A program made the position numbers and the translations under genes. From contig CM120647.1 of assembly GCA_051362555.1 (NCBI GenBank), forward strand, positions 16,468,651-16,532,650: a stretch of DNA of 64,000 bases, given 5' to 3'. Below the pieces are notes generated by a model. That model searched no databases. It saw nothing but the letters and a program-made list of their open reading frames with translations, and had not been told where the DNA came from. Source of the DNA: Lingula anatina (taxonomy: Eukaryota; Animalia; Brachiopoda). Below are positions 1 through 13,357 of this stretch, piece after piece. Numbering within the stretch: position 1 is the first letter of the stretch; each line of letters opens with the position of its first letter.

Positions 1-1874
1 ATATTCAATTTCTGCGGTAAGGTCTATTAGGTACAGTTTATCTGTTGATTCATAAATTACATGCAATCATTGTATAGTCGTAAGACCAGCAGAAAACCAC
101 CTGAGAGAATGAAATGGACAATAGAAAAAATGCACAAATTTTAAACTTCATTCTGTGTTGAGTGTTATTAACGTTCAAGTAGTTAATTTTGAAATTGCAT
201 CAGGCTTCGGGCTGTTGCTTGAAAGACAAACTCTCGATAGACCCATTGATATTTATCTGCTAAAAACAAAAAGGAAAAGAAATGGCGCGTCGTTCAAAAC
301 TCAGATCGGTCCAAAACCGGTTAAAATCCTACCACGTGATCGGGCCTCAGATTTATGAATGAACTGTGCTTAGATGTATTTTGTATTAAAGGATATTATC
401 AAGTATGCATAGCGTGGTTATCGCCACAGTAAACAAATACTCATTGATGAGAAAAGAATTTCGTGCATTTCTTAATAAACAAAATTAGTCCTAGGCTTAA
501 GCGTTTTTGGATATCGCCTTTTACCTTGTGGACGCTACCACGCACCTGAATTAATTAGATGGTATCTACGATATTTAAGTCACCTTTTCCTTGTTCATCG
601 GCTGTAACATCTACCAGTCGCTAATGGACAAATTTGCTGCTGACACGGGCAGGTACGAGATAGATTGGTCGGTCTACACTGTCCCGTTTGGAGCGACAAA
701 GACGCTACTGGTTCACCGAATGTAAAACTCTCCCCCAACTTTGATGGAAGGGTTTTTTTTTCTTGTTTTGTGAAAGCGGTGTGGACTCTTTAGGACTATT
801 TAGAAGAGTGCTCATGTGTTGCAGCGGGTGATTTAATTGCATTACAAGGGGTTCAAATTCCATGAAAATTCTTAACCTGTGAATGTCATTTCTTTTTTTC
901 TTTCTTTTCTTTTTCTAATTAATTAATTTATTTATTTATTTGTTTTTGTAAAAGTCTCATAAAAATCGAAAAAAAAAACAACAACTGTGATAATTTAGTT
1001 AAATCATCCAAGTCAAGGTTTTCGATTCATACAGCGATTGGTTTTCACAGTTACATTTATTATCTGGGTTTGAACACAATCTGGTCCAAGCTGAAGGGAA
1101 CTGTGAGAGACACGATCCAGAACAGTGTGTGTAAACCTTCCTTCCTGTTTCTTAATGGTAACGGGTGACTGTAGATCTATCGTGATAGCGAACACCTGCA
1201 TTTGATTAGAAATCCTGTAATAGTGGTAAAACTACTACGGTGTACGTTATAATTTACAGGTTGTAAGAATTCGTTTGCACGTACGGCCTCTCAATCTCTT
1301 CCCTGAAGCTATATAGTAGTTTATTACTGACATGTCGTAAGAGAAGTTTTTTTCTTTTAAACATCAAAGTTTCGTGTTCGTTGGTGGTGCATACTTTACG
1401 TTGTAAGCCATCAATTTTTGCACGAGATTTTGAGATTTTAGATGTTAAAACATCTCACTCCTTTCATCAACCCTAAAGTTGCCTAACGTGTTGTTTTTTA
1501 CCAATTGCTATTTGATTTCACTGCACAACTACAAATTTATCCTGAACTTTACTGGACTAGAATTTTCAGTGTTAAGATTCTGACCAATTTTCTAAGTATA
1601 GAGTTAGTGCTTCAAACCAACCCCTATGCTGTCAACGGTATAAACTTCCTGGCACGGGTTGATATATGGACCGCACCTGTTGCTGTCACCTCTCTTCTTA
1701 CCTGTACATGTCACATGTCGCACACCTGCTTGTCAACCCTGGTGTCAGCCTTCCACCTCACCTGTCAAATCAGGGGACCGCGAAGATGAATATCATCGGG
1801 GAGCAAGGGGGGGGGTATGGTGTTTTTGATGCTCTCTGACTCTGTTATTTTGTCTTTTATTTATCGCTCGCTGG

Positions 1875-1877
<3 letters not shown>

Positions 1878-1913
<36 letters not shown>
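1878..1913. repeat. (CT)n microsatellite
   Basis: Directly visible. Similar CT/AG tracts occur at ~5567-5627, 14620-14710 and 22250-22280. Confidence 0.95.
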
Positions 1914-1914
<1 letters not shown>

Positions 1915-4900
1915 AATCAAACCAATGTTCCGTACGATTGACTTTACTACACTATCCACATTTCACGGGCCTTTGGTGTTTACTCATTAATTTTTTAACA
2001 ACAACAAAGTCGCCAGCTTCCCCTGTGCAGGAGGTCTAAAAACCCATATATACGGGAATGTAAGATTTCAAGAAAAGGGGCGGGAAAATAATTTTACCTC
2101 CCCCCCCTTACCCGCCCTTTCTCTCCCTCATTTCTTTAAACTTGGTATTGAACTTCTGCCTTTTTGTAAAAATGGGGATGATATATCAGCCTATTTTCTT
2201 AGAGGGGGGGGGGGGGGGTGGAGGGGGGTTACAATATCCCCAGATCCGTTTAAGTTTCACCGTCTATCTTCTACCGTCCTTTATTTTAGAAGTGGATGGC
2301 GGTGCACTGCCAATGTTCCTCTGAAATGGATTGGGGGGGGGGGGGGGGGGGGGTGCACCGCATCCCTACACCGAGATTCGTTTCTACCTATTACAGAGGC
2401 TATGGTTTCGACGCACACGTGTTTATGCAGCGTTCCATGTTTGTTGGCTGTTCTCCGGTTATGGGTCATATAGACCTGTCAGGGTGGAATTCGACGAATG
2501 CCATGCTCACGTTGAGTTTACGAGAAGGCAAAACTTGGAACGTGTTCGTACTGTATGGAAACAAGGTGCTTCTTGGAATGTGCTGGACCTACTGTTATGC
2601 AATACCATACTTTTATATATATTATAATTGAAAATATCTCTTCTGAAAACACACTACACAATTTCTGTCTATTTTTGTGATCCTCATACTAAAGCCAGTA
2701 CATAAGTGAGCTTAAAAACGTAAAACCATTTGAAGCTTCATAAATTAAATTTTCAATATATCTATTATCATTAACCAGCTATTGAACTTGATATTTTGGT
2801 TTTTCACACCCCAATCTCACGTGTTCTCCGACACGCAGAAATATCGTCCACTGCCCTTATTTACAGCCGCTGATATATAGAAACAAATAAAAACTGCTAG
2901 TTAAATTACATAAATAGGCCTTATGACGCGAATTTCATAGTTTTTTGTCTTTTTTCTTCATCAAGCAGTTTAGTAAATTCAGTATATTTCAACACCGATG
3001 ACAATGAAACGGCCCCTAATTAGATTTCCGGTTCGTTCAACAATCACTTAATCAAGGGACCCGAAAATTATGTTCAAACGGCTTCAGACACTAGTCCAAA
3101 AATGTAAACTAACTCCTTTTTCACTTTCCTTCACCCAAAATGAATCCATTTTGCTGTGGGCTAAATTTTACACGTTGTGTTTGTTCGTAAGGCAATCAAC
3201 AACGGTCTCCAATCAAAGTGACTTAAGGAAAAACACCAGCCGACGCCTTCGAGCGAAGACGTAACGCAGCGTTAAATGGTTTGGTTATCTTCACAAATTA
3301 ACGGGCCAGCGGTCACTGTTTGTTTTTGCTCAGCACGTGGATGGAGATAAGGCATCAAAGGGATCTCTCTGCCCCATGCCCCCTCGCACGTGCAGTGCAT
3401 TTGAACGGGTTTGCGGACAGACCGTGCTACGACTCTCTACCAGCTGAGCGATGACGCCATTTTTTTTCTTAAAAAATTCTTACCGGACAAAAGTTCAGAG
3501 AATTAACCCCCAAAAAAAATCTCTGAAAATTTAGTGGTTTTTCATTTTTCTGTGATCCTGGAATAGAGGATACCGCAGTTGGCCCTACGCCGTTAATTTT
3601 TTTTATCCAAAAACCAAAATTGTAAAAACAAAATACTACGACACACACAATACACACACCTGTCACTGGTATCTGCATTCTCAAAGACGGTAGGATGTCC
3701 CTGATATCAAGAAAACTCCTTGCTGAGATAGAATACCAATTTGTGCGAGGCACAAACCTCAACTTGCAATATGGAAACGTGAAGAGAGGGACTGTTCCCA
3801 GAACATCCCTGAGAGACCACAGCGTTCGACCAAACGAAGAGCGCTTATTTTATTTCCAAAGCAATCAAATTTATATAATCAGGTAATTTGGTGTTAGATA
3901 TTTTTCAGTGAGAGACTTGACGCTGCGGCGGGCACAAAAACTCTCTGAGTTTCAGAGATTCTTGGCAGCTAACTACTATACTATCAGCAGCATGCTGTTG
4001 CCGTTTACAGTCACCTCCAAAACAGGGGTTGCACGAAACAGCTGAAATAAGAATTTCAGACCATTTGCGATTTTCTAAAAATTGCTTCCTCTTGTTTACA
4101 CAGTTTACTTGCGACAATATAACCAAATGCATCGAAAAAAATCAACCTACTATAATCAAAGCACTAGTAGGATGTGGAAATGTTTATCTAACAAATCATG
4201 AACACTTTAAGAGGTTTGCTGTGATTATTTTAAGGGCTGTGTGTGACCTTGTGCATGACCTCTCGCTACAACGAGACTTCTAGCACGCTAACTTAGAAGT
4301 CTTGCACACGTCTAAATCTTTGTAATGGGTATTTAAAGGGATTCGAATGACTTTTGCTTTGACCTTGCGTTGCAACAGACGCTGACTGGAATATTCAACA
4401 AACTCCAAATGACCTTGACCTTGACCTACCACTGTGCAAAACGTCAGCTGTAACTAACAAAAAGTTATGTATACGAACATTAACTTGAAGTGGCAAAAAT
4501 CTGATAGAAACAGTTTCTCTATGTTAAAATCTACTTTTAAACCATTTTGTTTGTCTACATTAATTAAGGGCGTTTTATGATTTTTGTCTTATGATTTTTG
4601 CTTTTCTTTCTCATAATTGATGTGCTCAACATCTGTAAGTTACACAATGGGCGTTAGACCTCTATATAACAAAAATTATAAATATTCATAGGTAACGATT
4701 TTTCAATGGTTTTGGATGGGGTATAACATGACTAAAATTACCAGGAAAATTATGTTTGTGCTGCAAACATGTCTAATGGATGCCTTTAAATGAATGACGA
4801 CTGAATCACCTGAATCAACTGGTGAGGTTTCCAGGACAATTCATTTTCTTGCTATTTGAAGGGTCTATCCCACTCAGGCTGTCTTTAAAGTCAAGTATCT

Positions 4901-5328
4901 GTGAAGACCTAACTATATCATTACATATGAAACAGACCCGCAGCGAGCAATTTTAAAGTGACAATTTTTTTTTTCAGAAAAAATCTTTTTCCGCTCGGTA
5001 GACCCAACTTGAGAAATGGTATAGAACCTTAACCGAGTTCTGGTTCAGAGCGGACATTTTCCTACCAAAAGCCTGTGGAACCATTCTCTCAAGATGACTG
5101 TTAACCAAACTATTCTCTTTAAAGTACCTCTGAACACAAGTGTTAGTAAAGACTGAACGCTGAGATGATTACTGCTGACAGTTTATGGCAGTAGCTGCGG
5201 TGCAGTTGCCAACGCCTACTTGAAAAAAGATTTGATGTCTTCATGTGCCGGGTTCGAGTCATTTTCACAGAGTGCGTTTCAGTCCTCATCACAGAAAACA
5301 TATGCTGGACTGCAATCCATTTTCATAG

Positions 5329-5365
<37 letters not shown>

Positions 5366-5585
5366 GGGGGGGGGGGGATGGGGGCCGCAGGTGTTATATT
5401 TGGCAGTAATATTGAGTACAGAGCTTGTCCATAACTTTATATCAGCCGCAGGCTTGGTGAGGGGAAATTTTGCCAAACTGATTTGGCACTTACAAAATTC
5501 TGTCCGACTGGCCAGACGCATTTTATGTGTAGGCCCTATATATAGGACGTTCTGCGAATTCGGGATCTCTCTCTCTTCTTCTTCT

Positions 5586-5631
<46 letters not shown>

Positions 5632-6744
5632 CAATCTTTCGTCTGTCATTTTAACTTTCATTTTTTCAGAATTAAAATTCGTCTATAAGTCTACCCTATT
5701 TGGCTATTTATAATAACCTGCTGTTCCATTTATATTTCTTAAAGTATTACGGCTTTTTTCAATTTTAAAACATCCACCAAAAACGTGAGAGACTACAACA
5801 TGGATATGCGAAAAAGTTTGAATCAGTGATCGATAGTAACCAAATATATTAAAAAAAAGAAAAAAGTAAAAACTCGGCACTTTCCGTAATGAGAACAGAC
5901 ATTGGATTGTGGCGGTGTGCTAATTTGCAGGAACTCCTCACATTAGTTATTGTCACTTTTCCTCAACGAAAAGCAAGTCAATAGTCTCTCCTCCAGACGT
6001 CGAAGAACTTTCCCATACTCATGCTCACAATGACGTCCTACAACTGTCACCAACATTTGCTCCTCAGCAAACATAAATGACAAAATTTCATATGTTTTAC
6101 GGCACAAAGTTCCAGATCTAGAATCAGATAAAATTGTAAATTTTTGACCTGAGCAACTGAATGGGCAATTCCTTTAATACTGCAAAATGGTTTACCTTCC
6201 CTTTCATATATAATTATGTCATTTTATATTCAATTATCTTGTACTAAACCACTGCTACTTTCATATTCAGAAAATAACCCCACGCAGCGGCTTAGCTCTC
6301 CCTTCATTATTGCTTCCTCATCATTATATATCCATTTTTTATATTTATCAATCCAATAATAAAGTATTTGCCAATAATGACATCAATGTATGGGGCATAC
6401 TGGTAACAATTTGTCACATCCACGACATCGCAACCGATTAAACCAGCTTTACGCTTATCATTTTCCTTTTAAAAAACGTATCGTATGAATTAACCTTCAG
6501 CCTGAGCCCTCGCGAGAGGGTACAGGAAAAATTGACACTGACACTGATGAAGACAGCAGACAGGCTGATAGCTGCGTGGCAAACTAATGATGCAGGTGTG
6601 TTGTTTCAATTGTGACTATTAACATCTTAAACAAGCCGATTAAATTGTACCAAGCTGAGTATTTGACACCCCGGCCAATGTTTGCAAAAGGGAGAGGAAG
6701 GAATGGTGTGAAAATTGAAGCCGTCAGTTCACGCGTGGTTGGAA

Positions 6745-6748
<4 letters not shown>

Positions 6749-6785
<37 letters not shown>
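6749..6785. repeat. (GT)n microsatellite
   Basis: Directly visible. Others occur at ~45570-45601 and 46757-46781. Confidence 0.95.
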
Positions 6786-6788
<3 letters not shown>

Positions 6789-7042
6789 TAGTATTCGCGA
6801 TATGTGTTTGTCGGTGTGCTGCGTCTGGTTGCCATTAATATCTGTGTGCCCGCGCGCGCGCGTGTGCGTGAGTGTATCCAAGTAATGTATTTGCACTTGT
6901 CTTTTAGCGCTCATGCTGGTGTGAAATATTATTACTTGAGCATATGGCGTTTGTGTGTACGTGCATATCGGGTTTTAGGGGCGGCACTAAACTCGCCCAT
7001 CACATAGCACCAACAAGAGCTTAAGATGGTGCTGATACATAT

Positions 7043-7300
7043 GACCCCATCTCCATACCTAGATCGATCTAGCAGGATTTTCCACCTCCGAGGAGATTCT
7101 CGCTAAATTGCACTTAGCTTGAGCAGCTTAGATGACTGGCACGCCTACTGAAGCTGTTAGGGGGTAATTAATTATCGTTTAGCAGCGTCAGTAGACGTGT
7201 CAGACATCTAAGCCGCTTAAGCTGAATGTAATATGGCGAGAATCCCCTCGGTGGATATTGGTCGATCTTGCTGGATCGATCTAGGTATGGGAATGGGCTC
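7043..7300. mobile_element. Palindromic MITE (PIF/Harbinger Tourist-like), copy A, in BMP intron 1
   Basis: The ends are GACCCCATCTCCATACCTAGATCGATCTAGCAGGAT ... ATCTTGCTGGATCGATCTAGGTATGGGAATGGGCTC, followed by TTA. Almost the whole element is self-complementary. It is homologous to 13101-13357. Confidence 0.85.
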
Positions 7301-7758
7301 TTAGACAGTGATGGTGTATTTGTTAGTCAATTTATCTATCTAGATATAGTGCTTTTGTTTCTGTCTGAGTAAAGGAGGCCCCGAAAGAAGTTTATATGTG
7401 AAACTTTGGGTGTGCCAGAGATCCCCTTTTTGATCTCGTTGCCCTTTCTTCATGTTTCGCATGGGGTAAAATTTAAAACAAAAGAAGTTTTATCGTGATG
7501 CGTACCACTGTAAGAAAGTTGGTTCATTTAATATGAATTCAATTTGATAAAGCGGTAAAAGATAAAGAGATTGATGTATGTGTGCTTGCGTCCACTAGCT
7601 TTAAGGAAGGGGATTTCGGTTGGGGTGTGACGGAAAGCTTTGTCCTCCTTTCCGACACAATAGGGAGAAACGATTGTAAAAAAAAGTACACAATTCATGC
7701 AAAGAAGAAAAGTGGAAACATTTCTCTTTGAAAAAAAATGCTAAATTACTAGACTTAC

Positions 7759-8158
7759 CGTGATTCACAAAGCTCATGATCATATCAGCGTCATCAATGG
7801 TCTTCACATTCCCCAAACTGCTGTTCAGATGCCTCTCCTTTAACGCGTCCGTGAACAACTTCTCATCAATCGAACCGTCCTCTTCTTTAAGCGTGTTATA
7901 CAAATCCAACATGAACTTGGGCGCGGACGCTGATTCTGCACTCCCGTGAGTTAACGGTTTCGGCCGATGGTGCAGTCCCAGAAGAGTGAGAATTTCTTGT
8001 TGCATTTCTCTTTGCTCTTTCCGTCGCATTCGATCCACTGCTATCGTTTGGTAAACGCCGTTGTCGGCGTAGAAGCCACTGTCAAAAGCATGTCCACTCA
8101 GTGTAAGGAACGCCAAAAAGGCGATTAAGCTCCCTAGAAGTCTGTGAGACGTTTCCAT
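7759..8158 (-). CDS. BMP5-8: BMP5/6/7/8 (Gbb/60A)-type TGF-beta ligand, first coding exon (signal peptide and start of prodomain); the rest of the gene lies left of the window
   Basis: The ORF starts with a hydrophobic signal peptide. It contains REMQQEILTLLGLHHRPKP, SAPKFMLDLYN and DADMIMSFVNH, which match BMP5/6/7/Gbb prodomain motifs. A phase-1 donor CACG|GTAAGT at 7759/7758 follows MSFVNH. No exon 2 was recognised in 1-7758. Confidence 0.92.
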
Positions 8159-11100
8159 GTTGGTGGAGAATCGATTTGTGATGAACTGAGGTTAAAAACA
8201 AATTTAAAACAAGATTTTTTTGTCCTGGCTTAGGCGATATCAGAAATGCTGTGCTTTGATGATACTGTCCTCTCTGACTGAACTAGGATCTAAAATAAAA
8301 TATTCACCGCACATTTATTGCTGAAGGAGATGAAGTTTTAATGAACTGTCTTCCCACGCTTAGTCGTCTGTGGCAAGGACAAACCGATCTTTTGTCTCAA
8401 TCTACCAGATGGATGAAACAATCCGCTTACTGGATGTAAAAATCAGTTTTCTTTTACTTAACGAACTGCAACGAAATCGTCAATAATATAAATATAAATG
8501 CTCTCAAACTGCAGTGGATTTTCTCACAAAAACTCTTTCCTTTAGTTCGCTCTTTGTTAATCAGTTTCCTTTAATTGTATGCGTTTCGTTAACGTTTTAT
8601 CTTTTTTTCATTCGCTAAAACTTCCTCCACCTGTAGACTGTTACGCAAGCTTAATCCTATTCGCCCTGTGTCTATGTGCTTACATCAAAAATCTGCAGTA
8701 CATCATGAAAGCAAACTTTTCCCTTTCCTTTTCCAAAAGGCAGACCACTGTTCTAAATTCTCTCAATATTACACACACGGCACTTTTCTCATTCAACAGA
8801 ATTTTAAATCTTAATAAACCTCTTTGAGTTCGAAGTTAAAATAAACCCAATTTTCCTAACACTCATACGATTTATGAAAAACTCTGTTAAGTAGGACGAC
8901 AAATCCTCCTCAATTAACAACTTTAGAGATTAATTCCGTAGATAATAAGTCAATAAAACTTCTCCGTCCGATAAGTGTAGAAGGCACAGACTTTTGCGAT
9001 AAATCCTATTATCAAAGCAGGTGTAGATCGTTACAAAATCTGTAGAAAACCAAACTAATCCACTCACTTCTTCCAACACGTGTAGATCGATATAAAACTT
9101 GTAGAATAAAATACACAACAATTCCCTTTGCTCTGCGGATAATCACCCGCAGAAATTCCGCAGCACGAGTATTACGTGTAGGACCCCTATCGCACGTGTT
9201 TTGCAGGTATCACAGCCTAAGCCTGTAATATCCCCGTATGTACTTCCTGTGTGAGTAAACTTTGTCCACCACAAACACACACTGGACGCCGCTGGTCAGT
9301 TGAGCCGTTTAAGCTGCTGGATATTACAGCATACAAAGCCCCTCTCCTAATGTGTACCTGTTTTACGGCGGTGTCCGTTTGTTGAATCACCGTTCTCTTG
9401 GCACACGTTGAATACACGCCGTCGCTGAGAAATAGTTTACGTAGATCTCAAACGAAGTTTTATTGCGTTCTGTGTGAAGAGGTTAAGACGAGTCTCTCTG
9501 TCGCTTCTCGTCGTAATTCCTTCGTCTGTCTTTGTCGTACAACTTCTCTTCAACAACAGCGTCCTCTACAACGTAACACTTTCTTCTGTTCGGACAAGGA
9601 TAGCCAATTTCACTTTCTTTGAAAACACACCTCGATTTTCACACGTGAACATACGAATAAAACTCAGGCAATCTATCTTCTACAACTCGCCTGTCGTCGT
9701 ATCCACGGCGAAATTCTGTGCGCTGTGATCCTTGAGTCCCTCGCTCTCTGTCTTCTCCCTCTTTGCTGGTTCTCTCGTCCCCCGACCTCTGTCTGGTCCC
9801 CTTTAAGCCACGCTGTGTCAATATATTCCCCCTCGGACTTTAACGGCAGCTGAACTTCGAAACACGGGTCGCCCCTGCTCCTAAATGTAACGCGCCGCGA
9901 CAACGCTATAAATTAGTATAACCTTTCTTTGTGTTGGTCGGCCCTCCCGCTACGCGTGTGTGTTCTGGGCTTCGCGGCTCAGGTCCATTAATCCGGTGCA
10001 ATCCTTGTGTTATAATCGGGGAGGGTTAATCTTCTTGTAATGCCTCTATTCAATAATTCCTCATAACACAGTGAAGTGTGGAGGTCGACAGGTAGAGAAA
10101 GAGAGAGCCGGCGTTATCGAAGTCGTACGTTTAGTGTTGGAGATTGTAAACCCCAATTTCAGTGCTCGCTGTCTCTCTTTCTCTACTTGAGTAATTTTGT
10201 GCTCGTTGGCTCAACACATGTTCCTTGTTGAGAAAACCTCATTACAAAAACTCCCAGCACGTTCCCGTTCAGTTTTGCTCGCACGTTAATTATGCCGTTG
10301 TCGTGAGTGTCGTCGTTGAGGGAAAGGCGAGAGGTGAAAATATCCGTTCCTTGTCTTTCTCTCCGTTTATTTGTCGTGTTCAACGAGATGACTTGTTATA
10401 GCCACTCCATAACACTGGTTGCTATGCAACAAACAAGACCACCCTGTTCGTCACTGAATATCTCTGTCTTTTCTCTCCCTCCCTCTCTCTCTCTATCTAT
10501 CTATCTCTCCGCGTGCTTAGGGCTCTTCCTCGACTTGCGGAGACCGCCTAAGTAAGTAAAATATTCGACCCGCCTCACGGAGGGCGATTAGCGGTTAAAA
10601 GACTTACCGGTTTCCCCGTGAATCACTATCAGCTCCTAAAATAAGTAACTCACAGACTTCATTTGGGGTTAAATTAAACTTGAAGTAACCGTAACCATTC
10701 AGCGTCCAGCACACTTTTCTCCGTGTACTTCATGTTAATTCGTCTGCGCATGCGAGATTGAGACGATATGCGGCCAGGGGGCGTCTCAATATTTACTTCT
10801 AACAATGAAATTAATTGGCCCTAATTGAGTAAGGCGGGATTCCCCCTTGAGCGACGTCCGCTTAGCGAAACAATTGCCGGGTTGTTGTGTTCGGCGTGTT
10901 GTTTACAGGTGAGTGGGCGATAAATAGTGCTCTCTCCGCCTGCCTTTCACTTTTATGAGCGAAAACCCGCAGGGTTCTTTATTCGCGCGATGTGTGGAGT
11001 CTCTCATACCTATCGGATCAAAATAGATCGACATGAAAAGCAAATTTATCGGCGTAGTTGACATCTGTGTTCCTTTTGGAGAAAAAAAAATAAAAAAATA

Positions 11101-11266
11101 ATCCCGGAAAATAAACACCTGTGGAGCTGGATGAAATTTAGATTTATTGTTGGAAACGATGCGTGCAGCACATGATAACGGTACTTTGATGTGATGCATT
11201 GGAATGTATCTGTAGAAGAAACCGGGCACGTTCACACTATTAGCTCGAAAGATCTTTAGCCACAAA

Positions 11267-11297
<31 letters not shown>

Positions 11298-12162
11298 AAA
11301 AGGGAACCGACTAATTTTGTCATCTTCAACTAAGGAGTTCCTTTCAAAGATTTTCATTTCCTTGTTTCGATTCAACTATTAATCCACTGAAGTAAAGTAG
11401 CCATTGGTCTGTCTGTTACATTACCAATTTCTTTTATATTACAAAACAGGAGTGATATTTCAATTCAATATTCCATGGATCTTGTGTTAAAATTAACTGC
11501 ACTTCGGTCTAAAGTGAAGTCGGTCTCATCATAGTGACACAAAATCCGTCAGTTTCCATCATAATGGGATTGCTAACATGATGTTACCAAAATGCATGGA
11601 TGTCTATAACATCTTTTCATGAACAATATCCAGCGTTCTTAAATAAAAGAAAACGTGAGTTAAAATGCATCAAATTGATACTGGAATAATTTTATTTTTG
11701 ACGTCATCATTGGCATTTGGAAATGTAACAGACCCCTGCTTAGTATTAGGCTCATCTGATTTAAACAAAAGTTAACCATGTGAAAATGGACCACTGCCTT
11801 ATCTGTTTATTGAGAAAACGCTTTAAAAAATGAACAAAAACACAGAAATCACATACCGTTACATACAGATAAGCTTCCGGGACAGGTATTTCTGGATCAA
11901 ACTTAGCCCGATCCAAATAAGGCTAGTGTGAACGAGCCGTGTTACCTCTCACTCATGACAATAGTATTAGATAGCGGTTCGTCATGTCATGACACCCCCA
12001 ACCCCACAAGTTTCATCTCGCCAGGTGTGTTAGTGTTGTTCTGTGGGATGATAAAGAACATCCGAAAGTGATTAGGGTGTAATAATAGGGGGGAAGCCAG
12101 GTGTCCTGAGCTGAGAAAACGTGCGGTCCTGTTGGGAGATACGACAAGTGTATGTGTTTGTC

Positions 12163-12176
12163 TGTGTGTGTGCGTG

Positions 12177-12238
<62 letters not shown>

Positions 12239-12243
12239 CGCGC
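12163..12243. repeat. (GT)n(GC)n alternating purine-pyrimidine tract
   Basis: A long TG run is followed by CGCGCGCGCGCGC. Confidence 0.95.
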
Positions 12244-12749
12244 TCGTCCGTCTGTGTGTGTGCTAGTTTCGGATTTACACTGGTTGTTCAACAGAGTGGT
12301 GTAAAACTGGAAAAAGAACATTGTAAAAAAAAGGTTTGACATCCTTACATATCTTTTTTTTCATATTTACATAATTATTTATTTATTTATTATTTTTTAT
12401 CTATTTTTTGGTTCATTTCGGCAGTCGAGTTTACAATGGTCATGCAACTGAGTTGCGTCAATTGACGTGTAATGTCAATAACCCTAATTGTAACATATTT
12501 AGTTTATATTTAGACATTTGTGTAGTATCTGGAACCCACCAAACATGTTTGATAGGTCCTAGGTAAAATGGAAAGCTTGTGTCATGTACGTGAGCTCTCC
12601 CTCCCTTCCGTGGTACAGGGTCTGGGTGAATTTTACAGACAAGCCTCGTCTCAGATTTTGATTAATTTGCGTCACGCTTATCCTAACCTGTGTGGATCTA
12701 ATGGAGGAGGGACAAACGTTTTTTCACCGGTAAATTAAAATCAAACTAT

Positions 12750-12996
12750 AGGCTCATTCCCAATGAAATTATCGTTCTTCATAGATCGATCCAACTCCGT
12801 GGGGAATCTCGCTGAATGCAATCTGATAACACGCTTCTTCCTGGCGTTGAGTAGACTACAGAGAAGCTGGTGATTGTGCGAGACCGATGGAAAAAAGAGG
12901 AGGCGTGTTAATTTGTTGATCTGTTTGCATTCCGTGAGATTCCCCGCAGAGTTGGATTCATCTTCGTAGAACGATAGTTCCATTGGGAATGAGCCC
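12750..12996. mobile_element. Palindromic MITE (Harbinger/Tourist-like), second family
   Basis: TIRs are GGCTCATTCCCAATG / CATTGGGAATGAGCC. The inverted arms extend inward (GATCCAACTC..GGGGAATCTC pairs with GAGATTCCCC..GAGTTGGATT). The right flank is TAA. Confidence 0.8.
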
Positions 12997-13100
12997 TAAC
13001 ATTCAGTAATCAACAACCACTGTATCAAAATTCATTTCTAGCTGATTTCTAACCGTGGTTTTAAGTTAAGCCGTACCAACTAGATAGAAAACTCACCTTA

Positions 13101-13357
13101 GACCCCATTCCCATACCTAGATCGATCTAGCAAGATCAACCCATCTCCGAGGGAATTCTCGCTAAATTACATTCAGCTTAAACGGCTTAAATGTCTGGCA
13201 CGCCTACTGAAGCTGCTAAACGATAATTAATTACCCCCCTAACAGCTTCAGAAGGTGTGCCAGACATCAAAGCCGCTTAAGCTGAGTGCAATTTAGCAAG
13301 AAACCCCTCGGAGACGGATCGATCTTGCTAGATCGATGTAGGTGTGGGAATGGGGTC
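13101..13357. mobile_element. Palindromic MITE (PIF/Harbinger Tourist-like), copy B
   Basis: The structure is TTA|GACCCCATTCCCATACCTAGATCGATCTAGCAAGAT ... ATCTTGCTAGATCGATGTAGGTGTGGGAATGGGGTC|TTA. The 3-bp TTA target-site duplication is typical of PIF/Harbinger. Confidence 0.88.

Noticed and set aside
2200-2360. Poly-G tracts as G-quadruplex elements or Gly-rich ORFs (also 35180, 37610, 45602)
   Set aside because: Homopolymer runs are scattered throughout the window and their lengths are error-prone. There is no specific context.
4240-4430. Cluster of TGACCT nuclear-receptor half sites
   Set aside because: TGACCTTGACCTT strings are common in invertebrate dispersed repeats. A regulatory role cannot be distinguished from repeat debris here.
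7601-7758. C-terminal part of the 185-aa BMP ORF
   Set aside because: It is read-through into the intron past the GTAAGT donor, and similarity ends at MSFVNH.
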